Assembly (NCBI GenBank): GCA_900617105.1
Contig: UYFQ01000296.1
Location: forward strand, 1-32,876
DNA length: 32,876 nucleotides
Reading direction: 5' to 3'
DNA from: Hydrurus foetidus
Taxonomy: Eukaryota
The translations under genes were made by a program, and so were the position numbers. The notes beneath the pieces are model-generated. The model was not told where the DNA came from, did not search any database, and saw nothing but the letters and a program-made list of their open reading frames with translations. Below are positions 23,701-32,876 of the stretch, in pieces. Numbering within the stretch: position 1 is the first letter of the stretch; each line of letters opens with the position of its first letter.

Positions 23701-26700
23701 TTCCATCCTCTCATATGATTGATTGCCTCGTCAATGTCTCATAGATACATCTCGCCAAATCACAATCAAATCGATGCGCTTGACCTCGCCACTGTGCAAG
23801 AGGCTATCACATCACAGCTAGGCCCTGACGCAATTGAGGTAAAATACACTGTAGTGCAGTAGGAATCACATTCTTGTAATTCACAAAGGAATCACAACTA
23901 CCCCATCTCTCACTCCCCCATTACCGCACTCTCTCTCTTTCACACCCTCTCTTCACCTCTGATTCCTCTACCTACTGCATTGCATTGCATTGTGTTGTGT
24001 CGCGTTTCACTGTCCTCACACTCCTCTTCTCACCGCACTGCATTGTGCTGTAGGTGTCCATGGCGGGTGACGTGTCCATCAAAGATCTCGAACTCCTGGC
24101 CCTCAACTACTTAGGAACAGTCCCCATGCGCAAGACAGTGAGGGCAGTGGCCGTAGAAGCCTTAAAAGTCACCACCATGGGCAGGTACCTTCTATGTCGC
24201 TCTAATACATACGCCACTACATGCATCTACTGTAAGAAAGGCAGACATCAACATTCAAACTCCCTCTCCCTCCAGACCTTGTATTCCCTCTTGTGGCCCA
24301 CAGACATCAACAGCACCCACTTATATCCGTACCTTAATGTATCTTTTCCTACTTGTGTATGTGTCATCTATCTTGTCTTCTTAGAGGCAAACAATTAGGG
24401 GTGTATCTCCCAGATACGGATGAGCGCGCTATGGGGTATTTAGCCGGACCCTCCCCCAACAACTGGGGTATCCTCTCTGACGGATCTCACATCTCTGACC
24501 TACTCAAAGCTGCTAGTGGCAAGAAGGAGGACAGGAGGTCGCACCCCCTATTCGGCCATGTAGTGCTACTGGTCATGCAAGAGGTGACCCCATTACACTA
24601 CTAGACGTCACTTAATCAAATCCTGCCTTTCGATCAGACTATTTCGACTTCTCTCTCCACCCGCATTCTTCCATTCCAATCCACAAATTTTCCCCTCAAT
24701 GTAACCAACATCGCCTTAACCCCTTTTAATGCATCTTAGCCCCCTTGCCATAAAATTCTTTCTCTCTCTCACTGTCTTTTTCTCTCTTTCTTTCTTTCTT
24801 TCTTTCACACACACACACACTCGCTCTCTATCTCCCCTTCCCTCTCTCTCACACACACGCTCTCTCTCTTTCTCTCTCTATCTCCCCTTCCCTCCCTCTC
24901 TCTCACACACACACTCTCTCTCTTTCTCTCTCTATCTCCCCTTCCCTCCCTGTCTCTCTCTCTATCTCCCCTTCCCTCCCTCTCTCTCTCTATTCCCTCA
25001 GGTAGTGAATAGACGATTGTTCGCAGTGGTGAGGGAGGAGAGACGACTGACGTATGACGCCTCCTTTAAGCTCCTTGGACAAAATAGCATACAAGGTGGT
25101 TGGTATCTCGTATCCGTCACATCCAATCCTGCTCAGGTACAAAGGCCATCTTCACTCATTTTATCTTCTTTGTAAAGTGGTACACACACCTTGCCATCTC
25201 ATCTCAACTCATGTGCAACCTTCAGATCAACTAGTGCGTTGTTGTGATATCCTGTTGTCCCATCTTGCACTGTCCGATCAAAGCCATGATATCATGCATT
25301 AATGATGACTTTCTTCACCTCCATCACTTTCCTCCATTCATTGAACTTCTTTCCTTTGCTCGTCTCCGTGTTACATACTTTCCACTAGCATTTTTCCTAT
25401 TACTAGGTTTCCCATTATTATATTTTCCATTCAGAGATTTTCCAGTGTAATTTCAGAAACATGTCTCCCATTACCTTTAGGTCGCTGAGGCCTTGAGAGC
25501 CTGCAAAGAAGCACTCGCATCCCTCAAAGGTACATTCGGTATCATGGGAGACTCCGTGCAGTCCGCCAAAAGAACTATCTTCAACAGGTGAGAAAAATAG
25601 AGACGAGTTGAGAAGAAGAGAAAAATGAGAAGTGGAGATGAAAAAAGTGAAGGGAAGGGAAGGGGAAATGTGATGTTGAGAGAAGAACCTCAATTGGCAC
25701 CAGACTCTCAGTCGCGTCACATCATATTGTAACACGTCATAAGGCATCAGCTAGGGCACTACTTGGAAGAGTTCTTTCACAGCACATCAGTCGATCAATA
25801 ACTATCTTGTTTTTGTCCTATGTCTGACACATCTATCTCTCTCTCTACCTTGATATTCCCTCCTCTCCTCCACCCTCACTCCCATTCCTCTAGCCTGTAC
25901 GAGTCGCTCTTACCCTCGCTCTTCACATATTATTCCGCGTCACATGATCGCTCCTATCTCGTACAGTCACGCGATACCATACCGCTCTCTTCTCTTCCTC
26001 CCATTCTCACTTACCTCTCCTGCCCATTTACGTTAGGTTCCGAGCGGAAAGTCTCACAAATCAGTTCTGGGTGGAGAACTTATCGGGATGTCAGCTAGAC
26101 TCGATGCCGCTCAAAAGTCTCAAGTGCATTAGGTGAGTTGAGTGGTAGTTAATGATGCATTCCATTCAGTCACACCGGATACATCACATCGCATCTACTG
26201 TAGAGCTCTGTCGACCCATAAACCGACATGCCTCATATCATCTTGCAACTACGCTACACATACTGCTCAAGACAACAATCTCCAAATGCTGTTCCATGAA
26301 TGCCAAAAGGCTCTGTGACACACAAACGGCACGCCTTTCAATTCTTTTGCTATACTATTCTCTTCCGCATTAGCGACTCACTTTCGAGCACCGTTACGAC
26401 TCACCTTCTACCCGCTCCAACTGACATTGCTGCACCCTTTGAATTCTTACCGCTCTTCATTCCCTGCCTCCCCTCTCGCACTGTCTCCCTTCATTTACTA
26501 TCTCCATTCCATCTCTATCTCCCTACATTTACTGTCTCCCTTTACTCACTATCTCCGTTCCATCTCCCTTCGCTCACTGTCTCCCTTTCGTCTCTCTTCA
26601 ATGTCTCCACAGTGAGTTCGAATCCACCCTAGGGGGGGTGACTGTGCAGGACGTACAGCTGCTGGTAGAAGCGATGAGTTTCGAAGAAGACAACATGACC

Positions 26701-26996
26701 ACCTGTGTAGGCGTCACCGCACCCACACCACCACCAGGTATGCAATGCAGTGTAGTGTAGTAGAGGGCAGTGAATCGCTTTGTATGGGTCAGAACGCACC
26801 GTGACATTGGCACTGGGTGCGCATTGCAGACTCCTACATGTTGTTTTATCTGTACTCAGCGCCACTGCGACCAACACAATGTGCAACATTGCACGGTAAG
26901 CGAATCACAACTAACTCCTACCATCATGTCTCCTACCTTTTGCATGGCTGTGTTTGTATTGCAGGTATGGAGACACCCAAGACGCCTGCTCGCTAA
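17609..26996 (+). CDS. SPP: Plastid stromal processing peptidase (M16 zinc metallopeptidase), 1098 aa, 19 exons
   Basis: Exons 17609-17957, 18153-18303, 18454-18510, 19014-19735, 19962-20282, 20605-20723, 20937-21080, 21522-21739, 22081-22222, 22653-22715, 23284-23375, 23745-23838, 24054-24184, 24385-24583, 25002-25136, 25481-25587, 26037-26132, 26613-26737, 26965-26996, total 3297 nt with all phases matching. Motifs: GKLDNGFTYVILPN, RFEAHLEV, inverted zinc motif HLLEH, TNAYTDFHHTVF, EKERAAVLSE, RFPIG, RLFAVVREERRLTYD. Confidence 0.93.
22473..22544 (+). repeat. 36-bp tandem duplication in an SPP intron
   Basis: GATACGGAGAAACGCTAAACCCTATACGAGTAACAT followed by GATACGGAGAAACACCAATCCCTATACGAGTAACAT. 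Confidence 0.9.
22784..22972 (+). repeat. Degenerate pentamer (TACTG/TGCTG/CACTG) repeat in an SPP intron
   Basis: 5-bp periodicity of the same family as 7030-7425; lies within intron 22716-23283. Confidence 0.85.
23462..23574. repeat. Intronic inverted repeat / small MITE-like hairpin
   Basis: Left arm CACTGCTGGACCCACCCCTATAGACGA pairs with right arm TCGTATATGAGGGTGGGTCCAGCATAGTG, with a few mismatches. Confidence 0.8.
24757..24992 (+). repeat. CT/CA-rich composite tandem repeat in an SPP intron
   Basis: Four copies of TCTCTATCTCCCCTTCCCTC interspersed with (CT)n and (CA)n. Confidence 0.85.
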
Positions 26997-28293
26997 GACC
27001 AGTCTACGGCTAGTGTCATGTCCCCCTCCAAGCCAAGCACACGAACTACTTCGAACTCCCTCAGCTCCCCTATCTTCTGTCGAGCTGTACTATACCCTGC
27101 TGTGCTGTGCAGTGCAGTGCAATGCCGTGATGACGACCATTTACAGAAAAACATTTACCGCACCGTGTCCATATCACTACAGTACATAACAACGCGAAGG
27201 CGGTGCAGTAGAGTAGAGTAGAGAAGAGTAGAGAAGAATTGTGTAAAGCATCGACACCCCTGCAACACTAACTAGTCCTGTTGCCGCACTGTATTTCAAC
27301 TGTCATGTCATCCCGTTTATCGTCATTTCAGTACACAACGTCATCGCGACAGACTGCTGTGTTGTGTCGCTCTCTTTGAGGTGCGATAACTATAAGCAAC
27401 TTGACTCAAATCCAACCGAATGCAAGATACCGTTTCATCAGGAGAGCAAGTATCATTGTACTGCACTCCACTGCACTGCACTGCACTGAGAGAATTCGGA
27501 TGAGAGCCGTCAAATTTCTTGACGCTAACCGCCTCGGCTTTATAGTGACTGGTGATCTGTAACTACCCTCCAGTTCACGAAATTCAAAATAGTCTGACTC
27601 ATGCATGGTAACTGTATATGGAAGCAACGCATGGGGACATTCAGGTACAGGTCATACAATTAACTAGTAAGACATCTGTCTCTATTGCTCCTCTAACAAG
27701 CAATGCGGTGATGTGTGTTGGCATCTGACGGGGATTAGAATTGTTCCACATTATATAAAACATTGATAGTAAAAACTTTGAAGATTCTCTATTTTCTTCG
27801 GGTGCCTAGACAACAACGTTTGTGTAAGATTCATAACAAAGAAAATAGGCCATAACATAAGAAGAAGAAACAGCCAACGATGAGGACCTTGTCATCAGAT
27901 CCATCGACTCTCGTACTATCTTGCTATTTGTATCTCCAGTGTTGTCGTTCCGCTGTGCATCTAAAGTGAAGCATACTCTACTTCAGTATAATGTTGATCA
28001 AACGAAGTAATTTATAAAATTACAGTACAAGAGTAAATTAAATAAAGTGAAATAAATTGTCATAAGCATCTAAGGACATTACCCATATCAGAAAGGAATT
28101 CCTCTCCTAGCGCATGAGAACATCAATGAATACAGACTTATCTAGGGAAGGAGGCATGTTAGATTGGGAGTCGTAATCTAAAATTTGCCAATCCTTTCAG
28201 GCGCGACGAAAGACTGCGGCGTATGAAAGAAAATTATCGCACTTGCGACATACAGATGGAAGTGACAGGTTGGTTGCTGATGTGTTTTATAAT

Positions 28294-28956
28294 TCATGAT
28301 GAAGTGTTTGGTACTATTGGCTGTACTGGATCTGTCAAAGTAGAGGCTGCAGTGAATATTGGAGGGGGTGGCCTCTGTGGTACAACTGCTGGCGCGGGTA
28401 AGGCGGGCAGGCCGAAGCCGCTGCTTCTCCTCTTTTCTTTGGCGTTCTGGCCTTTAGAATACTCCTGGTAAAGTTTGCTCGATATGAATTTCTCGAAGTT
28501 GGGCGTTAAAATTGAAAGGACCTCTTCCTGAGATCTTGTCATCAGTTTTAGCAACTCCGGCTGGGTGAGGGTAGCTAGTCCCTGCCAAGAATGAGTCGTT
28601 TCATAAATGGCCATCACTACAGGGTGTTTAGTTGACTCAGACTTTAACTCGTACTCCTTTATCAAGTCCAGAAAAGCCTGATGTAATTCAGCTTTATCAA
28701 CTCCTCTTTTCTTCAACGCTTCAACAGCTAGATAATAGTCCAAGTACTCAACTTCTCCTTTTGGGTGTGTCTTGACGATGTACGCGCGAAAAGCTAGTCG
28801 TGACTCCTCAGCGCGTATAAGCATCTTAATTGCCCCTGTTTTGGACCGAAATGATCTAGCATCATCTTGAATACTGTTCCCTTTATCTGGCATTTTGTTC
28901 TTCGATGAGGTCCTCGTAAGAAGACCGGGCACCGATAGAGAGGCTCCTGAACCCAT
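28294..28956 (-). CDS. RGS-domain protein with N-myristoylation motif, 220 aa, intronless
   Basis: Starts MGSGAS (MGxxxS). RGS-like segments RLAFRAYIVKTHPKGEVEYLDYYLAVEALKK and SQEEVLSILTPNFEKFISSKLYQEY; Pro-rich tail. Confidence 0.8.
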   Translation of the reverse strand: MGSGASLSVPGLLTRTSSKNKMPDKGNSIQDDARSFRSKTGAIKMLIRAEESRLAFRAYIVKTHPKGEVEYLDYYLAVEALKKRGVDKAELHQAFLDLIKEYELKSESTKHPVVMAIYETTHSWQGLATLTQPELLKLMTRSQEEVLSILTPNFEKFISSKLYQEYSKGQNAKEKRRSSGFGLPALPAPAVVPQRPPPPIFTAASTLTDPVQPIVPNTSS

Positions 28957-29350
28957 CGTTCAGCAGCATAAAAATATCGAATTCTCAAACACTTATCTCA
29001 CGCGGGGGCTGTAGAAATGTGTTTGAGATGTAGAATTTTTCGATCGATCGCTGAAACGCGATCGAACTTCCTCAAACAGGATTCTCGAGACAGCTCTTTC
29101 TAATCACATCCATGATTTCATGACTTCATCGTCGTTCAACTTCCTCAACCCATCATCTCGTCCGGTACGAGTTTTACGTTTTACGTTTTACATTTACTGG
29201 TTCTCTTTCTCTACCGGGACAGAATACAGTAAAATGTCCTATGAAAATGAACGAATCCAAGGTGGAAATGGTGATTTCATCTGTGCTCAAACCTCTTTTC
29301 GGTTTTCGTTTGGGACATTTTATTTTATTCTGTCCTGAGACCGTTTCTTA

Positions 29351-29572
29351 GGCCGCTCCTTATGCGCACCGGTTTTCGGCAAAATTGGAATCGGTTTTCA
29401 ATTAAATTTCCGACCGACCCAAGGTTTCCGATTTTTGCGATTTCCGACAGCGTTTCGATCGGATTTTTGGACGATTTTCCGACCGAAACGCTGTCGGAAA
29501 TCGAAAATTGGAAATTTAATTGAAAACCGATTCCGACTTTGCCGAAAACCGGCGCGCATAAGGAGCGCGGCC
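29351..29572. mobile_element. Foldback MITE A, PIF/Harbinger (Tourist)-like
   Basis: TTA on both sides (29348-29350 and 29573-29575), GGCC termini, ~61-bp TIRs (29351-29411 / 29510-29572) and an inner inverted repeat (29438-29463 / 29478-29503). Confidence 0.85.
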
Positions 29573-29580
29573 TTAGGCTA

Positions 29581-29739
29581 CAATTCACGGGAACGCTAAA
29601 AAGTTTCCCGTATAATTTTTTGCCATAAAATATGCGGAAAAAGGAAAACTTTCCCATACAAAGGGGTAGTTTAGGGTAAATTTAGAGCCTTACCATAAAA
29701 TAATTATATGGGAAAACTTTTTAGCGTTCCCGTGAATTG
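29581..29739. mobile_element. MITE B, TA-flanked with CA...TG ends (Tc1/mariner/pogo-type)
   Basis: TA|CAATTCACGGGAACGCTAAAAAGTTTCCCGTATAATT ... AATTATATGGGAAAACTTTTTAGCGTTCCCGTGAATTG|TA; TIR about 37 bp. Confidence 0.8.
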
Positions 29740-29869
29740 TAGAACCAGAAACCCACGAGTTTTCATTTTCGGAAAGTTACGGAATGAGAAAACTGCGAAA
29801 ACAGGCATTTTCTCAGTTTTCTCATTCCGAAACTTCCCGAAAATGAAAACTCGTGGGTTTTTGGTTTTA
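29740..29869. mobile_element. Foldback element C, near-perfect palindrome
   Basis: 62-bp arms (29740-29801 / 29808-29869) around the 6-nt loop CAGGCA, about 5 mismatches, TA at both ends. Confidence 0.8.
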
Positions 29870-29911
29870 GTTTTCGGTGCGTAACAGCGAACCTACTGTG
29901 CCGGTCATAAC

Positions 29912-30086
29912 TATACGACGGAGCCGCAAATAAAAACGATTTTTTTTTGCGGAACAGTCCCCAAAACCGGATTATGAGGCAAAAGAAGATTATTTTCACG
30001 GTTTTGAAATAAAAATCGTTAAAAAAATCGAAAATCTGTGGATTGTACCGCAAAAAAAAAGGTACCCCCAAAAAAGTCGTCGTATA
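29912..30086. repeat. Degenerate inverted-repeat element D
   Basis: TATACGACG ... CGTCGTATA termini, plus the inner pair T9GCGGAACAGTCCCCAAA / TCTGTGGATTGTACCGCA9. Confidence 0.6.
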
Positions 30087-30506
30087 CCGTCGCCGACCCT
30101 TTGTTTGCGGATTCCTCTGGACATAGGACCTATTTCTGTCCGAAGACGAGTATACACCAACATTTGGGATGAAGATCACTCAATACATTACAACGCAGCC
30201 AATTCGTGGAGTAATCAAGATCTGAGTAGTGGAAATTGAAGCTGACGGTGTCCTCTGAATACCCGCACCAGGAAAGTCTCGCCGTCGACCAGGAGAAATC
30301 ACTAGAGGTTTCGGAAGAAGCTCGTCAATTTTTCGACAAGGTGTGTTCTGAGCTCAACACCATCAAGGGCATTATCTTCATCGTTTAACGCAATGTTCAA
30401 ATCGATTATAAAGTAACTTTGGAAGAACATTCAATCTTGTCCTAGCCAGCAATTTATTCAGCTGAAATTTAATTGACGTTTTCCTCGATTGCCTTGCTTT
30501 TCAGTG

Positions 30507-31318
30507 ATGCTTCACATTACTGAGTTCGATTGCCGAGCGAGTGGACTTTTTGCCTTGGACAAGCGGATCAAAGTCAGGAAGGGCTCTGTCTGTAGATTGC
30601 AACGCAATCCAAGCAACCAATATGGTGAGCATCCTCTCAGCAGTGATGCCCAGTAGGTCTCACAGTATATTTAACTGTAAAATTATTTTAAAGAACATCT
30701 TGTTCATTTTTCAGCGCCGACAACTGTATTGACTTATGAAGAATACGTGAACAAGGCAAAACGCTGGCCAAATTTTCAGCGTATTTCTTACTTATCGTTT
30801 GCAGCGGAGTCGCTCTCATTTTGAGCAGTGACAGCTTTTTTGAGCGGTGCGATAACAACTTCTCTACCGATTACATTTATTTTGCAAAGTAGACTACAAA
30901 ATCCGATACAACTCACCTTTTCATCAAATTGCTCGAGTGCTTTACTCTACTCCTCGATCTACAATTGCTGTTTCTCTGCTGACTCGCATAATTTGTATTT
31001 ATTACTTCAGATTCAAACTGTATCCAAGTGCTGGCTCCTGATGACTGTGAGGGAAATAATCAGGGAAAATACGAGCCAGGAGAACGTATAGGAAATCTCC
31101 GTAAGGAATATGCTGCTAGGCTAGCTCCTATTATGGATGCACTTATTGATGCTGATATGTTAGACTCAGTAACTTTCGACTGCTGTTTGCGTGATGGTGA
31201 CACATCACACGCCAGAGATGGTTACTATCTGCATGTCATTGTTTTGAGCAGCAACTCGGAAGATTTCAATTCCGATTTGCGCCTTCTCTTCAGAGAGAGC
31301 GAACTGTGTTTTGATTAA
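30507..31318 (+). CDS. Stand-alone HIRAN-domain protein, 141 aa, two exons
   Basis: Exons 30507-30624 and 31011-31318 (426 nt; phase-1 intron GTGAGC...TTCAG). The spliced product reads LQRNPSNQY/DSNCIQV...GERIGNLRKEYAARLAPIMD, matching the HIRAN core as recalled from HLTF (LQRDPNNPYDKNAIKV...GNQVGHLKKELAGALAYIMD). AATAAA follows at ~31369. The true start could lie further upstream. Confidence 0.85.
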
Positions 31319-31471
31319 CTTTTATACTCTGCAAAATTGTGTATGGTATTAACATCATTTTGATCATGAATAAAAGTGTAATACAATATTTATCTAATTT
31401 ATGCAAATGTAATCTAATTATTTAATTATGGACTTCAAATATTTTCAATTTTAGAACGAGGAAGAATTGGT

Positions 31472-32832
31472 TTACAAATTATCGATGAAATTCATCGCTT
31501 GAGTTATTTCATGATCATACTCCAGCATAGCATTATCATACTCTAACATAGCATTAATTTCTGGTAACAGCGCATTTGTATCATCAACTGTATTTTCACT
31601 GACACCATCATCAGATATATTTATGTTTTCTGATGTTCCTGTTGGCACTATTTTCATTGTACCACATATGTTATGTTTTGAGTAAGCTTTAAATACAGGT
31701 AATAATGGATCACTCTCATCGATCGGAACACAACCTGTACTTACAAATGACCTCCTAACCCCTTCTACAAATTTATCTTCTTTAAACCCATTTGCTAACA
31801 GATCAAACAAATCGGTGATACCTTGCAACATCTCGGGCTTTGGGGGTTGAAATACAGGTAACGTACGTTCTTGTACGTCATTTGCTGCCTCCTCTTCATA
31901 CGCTGCTTTAAACTTTTGAAAGCTTTCTACTATTCTAGCACCTCTCAAATTTCTTGTATGTGCTTTTAGTGGTCCATTTACGACCAAGTCTAAGACCTGC
32001 AGAACTCCAGTCATGTTTGGAGGTAAGCATGCTATCTGTACACCCAATTCACTTATTACCTTATCAACTGCAGCTGCTTTATGACATCCGCGGTTATCAA
32101 ACCATATCATCAACTTCCCATTCTTTTCTTTCAAAGGCTGTACGACAGTCTCTAGCCACATGACCATCCTCACTGTGTCGTTCCATGCTTTATACTGGCT
32201 TGTTATTACGTGCCCTGTATCTTTGTTAATAATATAGTAACATGAATGTATGTCTGTCACACCTTTAATCGTTAATTCCTTCGTCCACTTAATCAGTTTA
32301 TAACCATCACTATCACCGAATCCTTTATTTTTTTTATGCAGATCTTGGATAACTCTCATACTTGACTGATCAGGTCTGTCCTCTGAGCTAACCGAGTGCT
32401 TGATAATGATGAAGAGAGGTACGAACTCACCATTACCACTTACGGCAACGACGGCTGTAATGCGGAGCATTGTATTTGGTATACCTATGTTTTGTGCACG
32501 ACACTGGTCTGGTGGACAGTACATGTACTCTGGACCTATTGCGTACGTAAATGCAGTTTCGTCCATATTTATCGTTGTATGTTTCGTATGTCCAAACTCT
32601 CTGTACATTGTTTGACCTATGTTCATTATTCTCGCTATTTCTTCATTAGATTGAACGTTTTTGTCGTCTGTCGTTATTTTTCTTCTCCGCATATTAGCCC
32701 TTGTCAAAAACTTTCGTATCCATTTTGAACTAAACTCCAACTCTTTTATTTTTTCGTCATTATTCCACTTGTCACTTGCTTGAACAGTTCTTGCAGCTTC
32801 TTGAATAATTGCGTAAGTGTAGACGACGCTCA
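31472..32832 (-). CDS. pogo-superfamily transposase (CENP-B-type HTH + DDE_1, DD35D); last exon, 5' part outside the window
   Basis: HTH end FSSKWIRKFLTR; catalytic NMDET, WFDNRGCH and LPPNMTGVLQVLD, with 35 residues between D2 and D3. The ORF is open for ~450 aa. An in-frame TAG upstream and TATCCTAG at 32840-32833 suggest a splice acceptor rather than a GTG start. Confidence 0.92.
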
Positions 32833-32876
32833 CTAGGATACGTGAAATATTGGTTATGATACCATCAACCTAATAC

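Noticed and set aside
29325..30179. Minus-strand ORFs 29325-29657 and 29763-30179
   Set aside because: F/K/R-rich translations of inverted-repeat elements with no protein motifs.
30169..30504. Possible upstream coding exon for the HIRAN gene
   Set aside because: Donors at 30341 and 30413 joined to the acceptor at 30504 give stops or the wrong frame. It is more likely 5' UTR with an intron, though a decayed exon is not excluded.
30507..31318. Fanzor/TnpB-type nuclease as the transposon-associated gene
   Set aside because: No RuvC or zinc-finger motifs and far too short; the motifs fit HIRAN.

Overview
Intron-rich eukaryotic nuclear DNA, most likely from an alga with a complex red-type plastid (ochrophyte-like), judged from a bipartite signal+transit peptide on a plastid peptidase. 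From left to right: (1) the 3' part of a decayed chromodomain Ty3/Gypsy LTR retrotransposon (protease-RT-RNaseH-integrase-chromodomain, PPT, 3' LTR); (2) a ~1586-aa gene with an adaptin-like helical N-terminus and a disordered tail carrying DPF/NPF/clathrin-type motifs, possibly TSET TSAUCER/TASH3-like; (3) a 3-exon membrane-anchored ubiquitin-fold (MUB/UBL3-like) gene; (4) a 7-exon UDP-glucose 6-dehydrogenase; (5) a 19-exon M16 stromal processing peptidase; (6) an intronless, probably myristoylated RGS-domain gene on the - strand; (7) an array of three abutting foldback MITE-like elements plus a fourth, degenerate one; (8) a spliced stand-alone HIRAN-domain gene that the ORF track shows only in part; (9) a convergent pogo-type DD35D transposase cut by the window end. 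The best candidate for a new system is the HIRAN (DNA 3'-end-binding) gene lying tail-to-tail with the pogo transposase, possibly inside the same element. Gene models were spliced by hand from GT-AG sites and reading-frame continuity. Family assignments come from recalled motifs, not database searches.
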